NCBI RefSeq assembly: GCF_009914755.1
Contig: NC_060947.1
Source: the human T2T-CHM13v2.0 reference genome, Homo sapiens
DNA length: 64,000 bases
Reading direction: 5' to 3' (one strand)
Within the stretch, counting starts at the first letter, position 1. The number at the start of each line of letters is the position of its first letter. A model generated the notes under the pieces. It was not told the DNA's origin. It worked only from the letters and a program-made list of their open reading frames with translations, and ran no database searches. Below, piece by piece: positions 46,868-58,150 of this stretch. The position numbers were made by a program, and so were the translations under genes.

Positions 46868-47483
46868 TTTTCTATAAGAGAAACATGAATTTAAGGACAC
46901 AAAAAGTTAAAATTAAAATTATGCAAAAAAGATATACCATGCAAACAATAACCAAAAGAAAGCCCCTTCTCTTATTCTAATATCAAACAAAGTAGATATT
47001 AAGGCAAAAGCAATATTTCAAACCAAGAAAGATATTTTATAACAATAAAAGAGCTAATATATCAGGAAAGTATTAAAAAAAAAGCCAATAACGTTGCTTC
47101 AAAATATTTAAAGTAAAAATTGGCAGAACTGAGGGCAGAAATAGACACACCCATAGTTATAGTAAAAGGATTACATTTAATTGGCCACTTATAAAAATTA
47201 GACCTTCAAAAGTATTATTTTACTTTAAAGCATTTTCCCAATATATTGCTTTTCCAAAAACTAAGTTTTGAATTAATCAGTTCTGTTGTTAATGCTGTTT
47301 TCAAGATTGTTCTCTATACATTTATTTTTACGTTTCCAATCTTTGGATTTCATTGGAGTTATTTTTGCCTTTTTCTTATGATGCAACCAATCTGGCTAGT
47401 TTGATTGATTTGTCTCAGTGTGGGCTTCCTATATTACAGTCACTCTCATTTCTAATAAATGGTAACAACCAGTACCCATGGTG

Positions 47484-47727
47484 ATAATAGCTAACACTTA
47501 CAAACTACCCACTGTGAACTATTCTAGGTGCTTTACATACATTAACTCAATTAATTACCATAGCACAATTTTTTATGTAAGTATAATTATCAACTCCATT
47601 TTAGAGATAAGGGAACTGAGGCATAGAAAGTAACTAACTTACTCAAAGTTACATAGCTAATAAGTAGCAGGGTTGGGATTCAACCTCTGACAGTCTGGCT
47701 TCAGAGGGTGAGGCATTAACTGCTCTG
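47484..47727 (-). mobile_element. MIR SINE
   Basis: Core ccattttagagataagggaactgaggcataga, with the tRNA-derived head in reverse. Confidence 0.85.
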
Positions 47728-47805
47728 ATATCACCTTACCCCTTCCAATGATTCAGATTCTCAAATTTTCCTCTCTGAGCACAATGTCTTCACTTATACA
47801 TCCCC

Positions 47806-50059
47806 TGATATGGTTTGGCTCTGTGTCCCCCACCCAAATCTCATTTCAAACTGTAATCCCCACCTGTCGAAGGAGGTAGATGATTGGATTATGGGGGTTT
47901 CCCCCCTGGTGTTCTCATGATAGTGAGTGAGCTCTCATGAGATCTGATGGTTTTATAAGGGGCCCCTCTCCCTCTGCCTCTCCCCCTCCCCGTCCCCCTC
48001 CCCCTCTGTCTCTCTCTCTCACACACCTGCCACCATGTAAGAAGTGCCCGCTTCTCCTTCTGCCATGATTGTAAATTTCCTGAGGCCTCCCCAGTGATGT
48101 GTAACTGTGCGTCAATTAAACCTCTTTCCTTTATAAATTACTCAGTCTCAGGTATGTCTTTATAAAGTAAAGACAGTAAATTGGTACTGAGGTAGTGAGG
48201 TACTGCTATAAAGGTACCCGAAACGTAGAAGCAACTTTGGAACTGGGTAACAGGCAGAGGTTGCAACACTTTGGAAGCCTCAGAAGAACACAGGAAGATG
48301 TGGGAAAGTTTGGAATTTCCTACATACTTGTTGAATGGTTTTAACTAAAATGTTCATAGTGATGCGGACAATGAAGTCCAGGCTGAGGTGGTCTCAGATG
48401 GAGATGAGGAACTTATTGAGAACTGGGGCAAAGGTCACTCTTGCTATGCTTTAGTGAAGAGACTGGAGGCATTTTGCCCCTGCCCTAGAGATCTGTGGAA
48501 CTTTGAACTTGAGAGAGATGATTTAGGGTATCTGGTGGAAGAAATTTCTAAGTGGCAAAGCATTCAGGAGGATGCAGAGCATTAAAGTTTGGAAAATTTG
48601 CAGCCTGACCATGAGGTAGAAAAGAAAAGCCCATTTTCTGGGGAGGAATTCAAGCTGGCTGCAGAAATTTGCATAAGTAATAAGGAACCAAATGTTAATA
48701 GCCAAGACAATGGGGAAAATGTCTCCAGGGCATGTCAGAGACCTTCAGAGCAGCTCCTCCCATCACAGGCCCAGAGGCCTAGGACAGAAAAATGATTTTG
48801 TGGGCCCGGCCCAGGGACACCCTTGCTCTGTGCAGCCTTGGGACTTGCTGCCCTGTGTCCTAGCTGCTCCAGCTCCAGCCATGGCTAAAAGGGGCCAAAG
48901 TACATCGCAGGCCATTGCTTCAGACGGTGCACACCCCAAGCTTTCCACATGGTGTTGGGTCTGTGGGTGCACAGACAAGAAATGAGGTTTGGGAACCTCC
49001 ACCTCGATTTCAGAGGATGTATGGAAACACCTGGATGTCCAGGCAGAAGTCTGCTGCAGGGGTTGAGCTCTCATGGAGAACTTCTGCTAGGGCAGCGTGG
49101 TAGGGAAATGTGGGGTTGGAGCCCCCACACAGAGTTCCCACTGGGGCACTGCCAAGTGGATCTGTGAGAAGAAGGCCCCCATCCTCCAGACCCCAGGATG
49201 GTAGATCCACCAACAGCTTGCACCCTGTGCCTGGAAAAGCTGCAGGCATTCAATGCCAGGCCGTGAAGGAGCTGCCCAAGGCTGTGGGAGCCTACTCCTT
49301 GCATCAGTGTGCCGCAGATATAAGACATGGAGTCAAAGGAGAACATTTTGGAGCTTTAAGATTTAATGACTGCCTTGCTGGATTTTGGACTTACATGGGG
49401 CCTGTAGTCCCTTTGTTTTGGCCAATTTCTCCCATTTGGAATGAGTGTATTTACCCAATGCTTGTACCCCCATTGTATCTAGGAAGTAACTAACTTGCTT
49501 TTGATTTTACAGGCTCATAGGCAGAAGGCACTTGCCTTGTCTCAGATGAGACTTTGGACTGTGGACTTCTGAATTAATTCTGAAATGGGTTAAGACTTTG
49601 GGGGACTGTTGGGAAAGCATGATTGGCTTTTAACTGTGAAAAGACGTGAGATTTAGGAGGAGCCAGGGGCAGAACAATATGGTTTGGCTCTGTGTCCCCA
49701 CCCAAATCTCATCTAGAATTGTAATCCCCGCGTGTCAAGGGAGGGACCTGTAACCCCCACATGTCAAGGGAGGAAAGTGATTGAATCATGGGGGAAGTTT
49801 TCCCTATGGTGCCGTCATGGTAGTAAGTGAGCTTTCACAAGATATGATGGTTTTACAAGGGGCTCTTGCCCCTTCACATGATCTCTCTCTCTCTCCCTCC
49901 TACCTGCTGCCATGTCAGGCATGCCTGCTTCTCCTTCTGCCATAAGTTTCCTGAGACCTCCCCAGCCATGTGGAACTGTGAGTCAATTAAATCTCTTCCC
50001 TTTATAAATTGCCCAGTCTCAGGGATGTCTTCATAGCAGTGTGAGAATCGACTGGTACA
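47806..50059 (+). mobile_element. Full-length THE1 (ERVL-MaLR) provirus: LTR 47806-48175, internal region, LTR 49675-50059
   Basis: Two direct LTRs starting (tg/ca)atatggtttggctctgtgtcccc. THE1-int begins gtaaattggtac and has a polypurine tract before the 3' LTR. C-rich flanks on both sides. Confidence 0.95.
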
Positions 50060-50918
50060 CCCCACTGCACCAAAATTGGGTTTTCAGCCCCTTCCTCAGG
50101 TATAAGTCTAGTAACTTCCTTCAAGATCTTCTCACCTCCTAACCTAGCCTGAATCTGAGGCTATCTTAAGTTCAAAATTAATTTTCTGGGTTTCTTGATC
50201 ATTTGGCCCTCTCAAACCTCAGCTCTTTGTCCAAACCGCCTTTATGTGTATTAATCCTAGCCAGCTAAGCCCCACTGGAGACAATCACAAGCCTACCAAG
50301 ATGAGCCTCCTTACAGATGATACCTGTCAACCTCATGTAGATCCTCCTTACTCTGACAATTATTTGTTTTCCACTGTTTACTCACTTTCCCATTTCCCCT
50401 CTGTTGACCTTTCTAAACATTCGTCTCTCTCATTAAAATTTCTGCCTAATCCTGCCTCCTACAGACTTAGCAGATAACCCCAATTCCTATACCCTAAGGA
50501 AAAGAACGTCTGAATTGAGCTTTCTAAATTCCCATTTCTCCTCCAGAAAACCTATCTGTTGTGTCATTTTTTCCTTCTTTTCTCCCACATTTTTCAATTT
50601 CCTCCCTTCCTCCCATGCTTGCTCTCTTTTCCCTCTCTTCCTTCCTTCCCTCCATGAATATTTGTTGAGTATATGCAAAGCATAGGTCTAGGTTCTGTGG
50701 ACACCACAGTGAATATAACAGAACTCCTGCTCTCCTGTAGCTCACAGTCTAGCAGGGCAGACAATTGAGAAACAAATCAATGTATATCATCTCAGGCAGA
50801 GATCAGAGCTTTGAAAATAAATGAAGTAGGATAAAGGAGATAGAGAATCCTGGGGGAGAGTGCTTTATTTCTATATTTGATAGTCAGGGAAAGCCTCCTA
50901 TGAGTAAGCCTTGAAGGT

Positions 50919-51117
50919 TAGGCAGCCAGATTTAGCAAATAAAAAGATGGGATCCAGTTAAAATAAAAAATAAATATAAAAAGTCCAGTTAAATTTGAAT
51001 ACCAGGTAACCAATAATTTTTAGTATAAATATGTCTCATGCAATACTGAAAAATTACTCATTGTTTATCTGCAATTTGAATTTCACTGGATGTCCTGAAT
51101 TTTATCTGGCAATCCTC
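50919..51117. mobile_element. MER53-like hAT MITE
   Basis: Inverted ends gcagccagatttagcaaataaaaa...ttttatctggcaatcct. Confidence 0.75.
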
Positions 51118-51259
51118 TGAAGGAACTATGGTGATAAACCATTCATAGATCCAGAGGATGAGGTTTCAGGCAGAGGGAACGTTTTGGGGATATTAATTTT
51201 ATGTCTGCAATTGTGTTAGGCACTGTGGATACAGAAAATCAATACAATGGTGTTTTGTC

Positions 51260-52050
51260 TCCTAACTGGTCTTGCTGGGTCACTCCTCTCTCTCCTCTAG
51301 TCCGTTTCTACATACAGCAGTTAGAGTGAGCCTTTGAAAATACAAATCATGTACCTTCTCTGCTCAAAACCCACAATGGCTTCCTGTCTCAGAGTAAAAG
51401 CTGGAGTCCTTAAAATGGACTTCAAAGACCTAGGTCAGTGGCACTCATATACATCCACTATCTGGAGTTCTTTAAAACATTCCACGCCTGGATCCCACTT
51501 CCAGATTCTGATTAAACTTGCTTGTGCTGCAGGATGGAATTCAGGCTTTTTCAGTTTCCCAGGTGATTCCATACTGTACTGGAGTTTGAGACCCTCTGCC
51601 TCACATGACCTCATACTCCTTCTCCCTCCCCAGCCCCAGCTCTGGGAGCTCCCCACCGGCTCTCTCCACTGCAGCCCCGCTGGCCCCACACTCTTCCCCA
51701 ACACTCTTCAGTGGTGCTGTTGCCTGGAATGCTACTTTCAGAATAGCTACAGGGCCCCTCCCTCCACATTCATGGGGTCTCTGCTCAAACGTTACTTTAC
51801 CAGCAAAGCCTTTCCAGATCTTCCTTGCCCTTCACGCTGGTGCCCCATTCTCTCTCTTTCTGCTTAATTATTACCCATAGTTCTCAAGATGACTTTTCCT
51901 GTTGTATATTTGTGTCTTTATTTATGTCTGTCTCCCCACACTCTAGTGTAAGCCCTATGGAAGCAGAGTACTTTGTTTAGTTCACTAATTTAGTGCCTAT
52001 GTACAGTGCCTGGTATATAGGTTGAGCTCAGCAAGTATAGGTTCATGAAG
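51260..52050 (+). mobile_element. L2 fragment with a nested MER5A-like element (~51436-51598)
   Basis: ctctgctcaaaacccacaatggcttcc...cagtgcctggtatatagg. The internal segment ends ttgagaccctctg. Confidence 0.7.
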
Positions 52051-52393
52051 GAGTTCAGAGTCTAGGGGGAAATTTAGACCCATAAACAGTTAATTGTAAT
52101 ACAACAAGGTATATCATAATTACAAAGTTTTAAACAGAATTCCCTAGAGACTAGAAAGCTTTTGATTCCTGATTCCACCCCTTCCCCTCCCTCTAGGATG
52201 TTGTTTCCCAACTATACCTTTAAACATTTTGCTCTCCACAGCCTCCATCTGCAAACCCAATCAAGCCCTTCTCTCTCCGACGCCCCTCAAAAGCTACCAT
52301 TTAGTGAGTATGCTAGGCATTGTATTAAGTACATTATGGACATCATCTCATTTAACTCACAACAATTCTGGGGTAGATATCAGTATTATCCCC

Positions 52394-52815
52394 TGATACA
52401 GTATGAATGTCTGTACCCACCCAAATGTCATATTGAAATGTAATTCCCAATGTTGGAGGTAGGGCCTAGTGGGAGGTAATTGGATCACGGGGGCAGATTT
52501 CTCACGAATGGTTTAGCACTATCCCCTTGATACTGTCCCCATGGTAGTGAGTGAGCTCTGCTGAGATCTGGTTGTTTAAAAGTGAGTGTCACCTCCCTGC
52601 TTTCTGGCCCCCTGTTCTGGACATGTGAAGTGAATGCACCCCCTTTGACTTCTGCTATGACTATAGGTTTCCTGAGGCCTCCCCGAAGCCAAGCAGATGC
52701 CAGCACCACGCTTCCTGTATAACCCGCAGAACCATACGCCACTTAAACCTCTTTTCTTTATAAATTACCCAGTCTCAGGTATTTACTTATAGCAATGTAA
52801 GAGCTGACTAATATA
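52394..52815 (+). mobile_element. MSTA-like solo LTR inserted into a MIR
   Basis: tgatacagt...cccaatgttggaggtagggcc...ttataaattacccagtctcaggtat. 5-nt TSD tcccc/tcctc. The MIR core tattatcccc|attttacagatgaagaaactgagg is split around it. Confidence 0.88.
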
Positions 52816-53689
52816 TCCTCATTTTACAGATGAAGAAACTGAGGCCCAGAGAAGTTAGGAAACTTGGTGAAAGCAAGATGTGTCTCACTTCAAATCCTGC
52901 GCTCGCAATCACTGTGTTCTTTATGGTTTCTACACCTGGCCTCTCCTTTGTCAGTCCCAGCTTCATTTGACCTGCAGGCTGCTCTCCAGGACTCCTTCTG
53001 GCTAGATATATGGCTGTTCTTCTCCCTTCCCTTCACCTCATTGTCCAAGGGCCCTTCAGTGTCTAGACCAATCATGCAAGGGGGTAAGGTGGGTGAGGGG
53101 AGAGTTGTTAACTAATCTGGTAGGTCAGACATGGCTCCTAGACTCTTTCATTACTCCTTGAGATGCTTTGCTGCCACCATGTCCTCTGGTTTGAGGCAAC
53201 ACCCCACAATGCCTTGGTCTTCATGTCTTCCCAACCCATGACTTGTTGGCTTTCTCCTTGACGTTCTGGGCAACCACCAAACATCCAAACGTCAGAGCTG
53301 ATCCCAAGGGAGCAGAGTGGAGGCTTCTGGCTTTCTTACATATGCATTTGATAAGGGGCAGCTTTTTTTGACTTTCTCCTTAGTGTGGATTCCTTTTCAA
53401 CATACCAGTTCCTTTCTGTGTGGTGTGAGGACCTCAGATGCGCATATGCCCTTATCACAACACCACCTTCTGAGGCCACCTTCTTTCTGAGGTGTGTTGG
53501 CAGAAAAATCGTGACGGTGTAATTAATACTGATCCTGATTAATATTTGGACTTTTCATTTTTTGCCTCATTTCAAATCATGGTATTTTGGCTACATATTT
53601 GAAACTCTTGCAAATTTTATTGATCAGCTTTTGAAATTGGTTTGGAATTTAATTTTGTTTCCAGTTGCTTTCAGTACTGCAGTAGAGGC

Positions 53690-54115
53690 TGTGGAGGTCA
53701 CTGCAGACGGTTCTGGTATCTACCACCAGGTTTCCGTGTCTCTGTTGGAGGCGGAGGTATTCTCTGGCAGTAGGTGTCTCCTAGGCCTCTGTGCAGGGCA
53801 GGCTGCAAGTGCCTGGGGGTTAATGCATGGGAACCATTCTCAACCTACCAGGGAAAGGAATAGGTAGATAAGTGCCCCAGCTTCCTTGCTGTCAGACAAT
53901 TCTGAGATGTGTTCCACATTATTTTTAGATCGTCTCCAGTGACCAATCGCCCACAGCACTAACCAGCTTATTAATGTATTGCTGGCTTTTCCGCCTTTTC
54001 TGTTTCACTCCCCTCTACCTCCTCAGAATGCTTCCAGGGATCACTTCTCAAATAAACTATTGGTACCCAAATCCTTGACTCAGAGTCTGCTTCTGGAAGA
54101 TCCCAGACTGACACA
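53690..54115 (+). mobile_element. LTR16-family (ERVL) LTR
   Basis: 3' end gggatcacttctcaaataaacta...cccaaatccttgactcagagtctgcttctgg. Confidence 0.7.
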
Positions 54116-54434
54116 ATATACATTTTGATTTTTCCTCTAAGGAGCAGAAAACAAAATTCCCCAATCCACCATCAGCACCTTCTCAGTTGCTACTTAAATC
54201 AGGCAAACTAATCTGGCCTGCAGACACCTTCTCCTTCTGCTTTGACTACCAACTAAACACCTCCCTGCACACACCAACCTTCCTTTTGACCACTGAGGTT
54301 CTAGCTGTTTTTACAAATTTCCTTTTATAACGCTTTTGAAAGTAAATTTGGGTCTATTTGATTATATTAGCCACCCATTTGATTCATAAAGATGGATAAA
54401 ATTTTTGGTTTGACCAGTGCAATCTGGGGATACT

Positions 54435-54448
54435 GTTGCCTAGGTAAC
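54435..54448. promoter_or_regulatory. RFX X-box motif GTTGCCTAGGTAAC
   Basis: Near-perfect palindromic match to the RFX consensus GTTRCC(N0-3)RGYAAC in non-repeat sequence. Function untested. Confidence 0.45.
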
Positions 54449-57414
54449 GGCCTGGGTGGGTGAGGAATTAAGGATAATAGGCCTAATGCTACATATGAAA
54501 AGAGAACAGATTGCCTGGTAGAAGGAGGTGCATTCGATTTCTCAAGTAACTTGAGATGCCATTTAGTTCACTGGAAGAGGCCATTTTCTAGGCAGTTAGA
54601 GGAGTAAATGACTCAGTAAGAGATGCTGTTTGACAGTTGGGATTTCTGTAAGGGAATTTTCTGTCACCTTATTCCAACTTCTTCCAGTTCAATGTAGTCG
54701 TAGGGGAAGCAATCATGTACATATGCACATATATAGGGAAAATACTGAGAAAGAAAGAAAAACATACCAGTGCCTGCCCATGTAGGTCGTTCCTCCATGT
54801 CCCATTGGATAGAAAAGATTTCTATACAAAGGCACATAGATGAAACCTTAATTCTGTCTTTCTGCCCAGGAATAGCAGTTGAATCAACAGTCTGCACTTC
54901 TAGGAGGAAATAAAGAGCATTTATGCTGTGAATTCAGCTAAATGTGTATATATATCAGGATTTGTTGAGCTTCCTGGCCCTGGTGGCACAAAAGAAGCAC
55001 CATATTACTTAGTGCTTCATGGCTAGCTTGAAATGCAACGAGGATTTGTCCAGCCAGGCTCCACACCCCCAAAAAGCTCCTGGCTGTGTCATTTGCTCGT
55101 TTGCCTTTAAAGGTACTTATATAACAGCAAGTACCTTACATGGGATTCCATGGCACTGAAACACAGTGGAACCGGATTTTGTAGAATATTGCTGTTTCCC
55201 AGAGCCTTAAAAGCATCCCTCGAAATCTGAGGTGTTGGTGCTGCAATCTGAAGATATCATAAGCAAACAGGATCGGGGATTAAAATTTCAAAGATAGCAT
55301 CTCTTAACATCTGATAAGAATGTTGATGATCAGAGCTTGGATAATGTTAGCATCACTTCAGGGTTTTTGTATCTAAAATGATAATGTCATTCCAACCGTA
55401 AATGCTCTTCCCTCTCCCGTCTCATCATTGGTGACCTTCTTCATCACATTCAGCCTCTCCATTAACCTTGCCTGGAGAGTAAACCCTAAACCCTATTTTG
55501 GTATTTTCTCCTAATGTCTTAATTTGCATGCCATTGCTTCAAGGTTTTAGTATGGTGCATTGCAAGGATTATTCAGGATGATCACCAACAAACATGCTGG
55601 CATTATAAGAAAACGGTTTGGTTCAAATAAAAAAAAAATTCCGTTGAGAGAAAGAAATCTACGCATGTCAGCATTTTATTTTAACCACTTGATGGAAATC
55701 TTTAATAATGTATTTCCATCTTCTTCTATTCCTTCACCCCAGAATTCTGAATGTGGTCTAAATGTTTTGGATGATTTAGGATCATCATGCATCACGCAAC
55801 GATGGTTGTGCTAAGTTTTCAGGCCCTACTGATGTAATCAAGGGGCTTTGATTCTCTAAATGGCCCTGCCACTACCGTATCTTTTGAATACTATTATACT
55901 TGGGTTTCTCTTTTGAAGTTTCTGTGTCTTTTCTCTCTATTCCCCTAGTCAGTGTGCCTGTTTCTGCCAATTATCTCCACCCCCACGCCATTTCAAACTT
56001 ACAGCTGTTAATCTTTTTTTTAATATGGCAATGAGACAACTAAGTTTGTTGGAGCAGCAGGTAAAGTTACAACACATATACTCTTAAGGACCTGAGGCCC
56101 CTTTCTATGAGTAAAGTGTATTAGCTTTGTGCATGAACTTGACACATTTTGTTTGCTCAGAAATTTGTATTGTTGTAATTTAGTGACTAGGTTCTGTGTA
56201 TAAATTACCTAAATAGGTAATTATACACCAGAGGACTGTGACCATATTCTTTGTGTGTGCTTTTTTTCCCAGGATATCCCTCATAGATTATTTACTATGA
56301 ATTTAGAGACCATGATACCATTTCCTTCCAGTGCTTCAGTAATTGGCTCTCCTTTGCATTTCTTTCTCTCTCAAGCATTAATGCTCACCAAGTCCTCCAC
56401 ATCCGGTTCACTAAATGGGAGGCTTCTATGGTTCTGATTGGATGTTTAGAGGGTGTGGCTGACAGAGTATTGTATACCAAGGCAGGCTAATACTTTGCAG
56501 ATGTTTTGGTTGCATTGGCAGATACACTTGAAAGTGGGAATGTTATGAACTTTCTGGTCAGGTTTTAGAACCTCATTTGCCTTGAGGGCCCAAGACTTCT
56601 TTGGGATTTCTTGGGCAAGGATTAGGCTTATTATTTTGTCGAACAAAGAAAAAGCCAAACTCCATACTCGTTCTTATGTCTATATTTCTACTTCTAAGTG
56701 TCTTTGTTCATTTAAGTCAAGTCTATCTTTAGATCTGTAGAATTTTATGTAAAAGGCTTTGGAGTTCTTCTTCCCCAGTGAGCATGGTTTGTAGATGATG
56801 ACACAGGAGTTCTGAGGTTAAATGATCCAATCAAGTTCCATCCCCTAGTTAATTAGTGACAGTGACAAGACAGAACTGGGACCCCTGATTAGTTTTGTTA
56901 TCTAGTTTATTTTAATTTACTTAGCATTTTAGTCACACTGACCCTTCCTTGTGAATTTTAAACGTCTTGGAGGTAGAAACATACTTGCAAAGTGCATACT
57001 GGCTTTATTGTGATGAGTGTTCTTCATTAGCTATGGAATGGTGAGAGTGCCCACACTCACTACACTGCAAATTCCAGATTGATTTAATCGAGGATTGGGA
57101 ACTTCACAGAAGAGAGGGGGCTGCAGCTATAGAAAGAAGAGCAGGTGCAGGGGACCACAGCAGAGCAGCCTTTGATACCTCTGATCCCGAGACACGTTTG
57201 GTCCTGCTAGCCTTGGAGTGCTTCCTTTTGTGCTGTCCCTGAGTCTTTTATAACTGGCTAATGTGACCATCCAGGAAGAATTTCCAAAAACAACGCATAT
57301 CCTTAACAGGAAACAGTGACAAGTATCTGAGCCCTTCCTGGATCTTGAATCAAACTCAAGGTCAGCAGGCTGCATCCTCAACATGAAGAGAAAGCAGATT
57401 CAGGGTCCAGGCCA

Positions 57415-57685
57415 TATAGCATTGTGGTAAAGCACATAGAGTTGGAGGCTAGACTCTCTGAGTTTGTTTCTCATCTGCCACTCAGACACTGAGAAACCTG
57501 GAGAAAGTTATTTTTAACCTTTCAGCACCTCAGTTTCCCCATCTACAAAATGAAGATAATAATAGTATCTACTAAGAAGGTTGTTAGGAGAACTAAACAG
57601 GTCAATATTGTAAAGTACTTCAAACAGTACAGAATGACGCTTAGCATAACGTAAGGGCCATATAAATGTTAGCTATTATTATCAT
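57415..57685 (+). mobile_element. MIR SINE
   Basis: tRNA-derived head atatagcattgtggtaaagcac and core cctcagtttccccatctacaaaatg. Confidence 0.85.
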
Positions 57686-57874
57686 ATTTCCATCTTGTCC
57701 AGCATCTCATTTCCTTAACAGGCTCTACTCAGGGAAGATGCTCATATTTGAATAAATAATTAGCTTTGGGAATGGATATGTAAATAAAAGTGCAAGTTAT
57801 GAAGTTGATTAATGTTTTCTTCCATTGTGGATATATCTCCAATTTTGTTTCCGAACAAATACATAAATCAAGTA

Positions 57875-58150
57875 CAATAAATATATTTCTCGATTCCACT
57901 TACGTGAGGTTTCTAAAATAGTCCAACTCATAGAAGCAGAGAGTAGAATGCTTAATACCAGGGATGGGGGAAGGGAAAATGGGGAGTTGCTGTTCAACGT
58001 CTATAAAGTCTCAGTAATACAAGATGAGTAAGTTCTGGAGATCTGCTGTACAACATTGTGCCTATAGTTAACAATATGCTATCATGCACTTAAAAATGTT
58101 GTTAAGAGGCTGTATCTCATGTAAAATGCTCTTAACACACACACATACAA
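57875..58150 (+). mobile_element. L1MA/MB 3'-end fragment
   Basis: aagttctggagatctgctgtacaacattgtgcctatagttaacaata. Confidence 0.85.

Noticed and set aside
48388-49493. Cluster of 60-127 aa ORFs
   Set aside because: Fragments of the decayed THE1 internal region.
51334-51867. 177-aa ORF, the longest after CBLL2
   Set aside because: TTG start, and it spans L2 plus MER5A repeat pieces; chance open frame.
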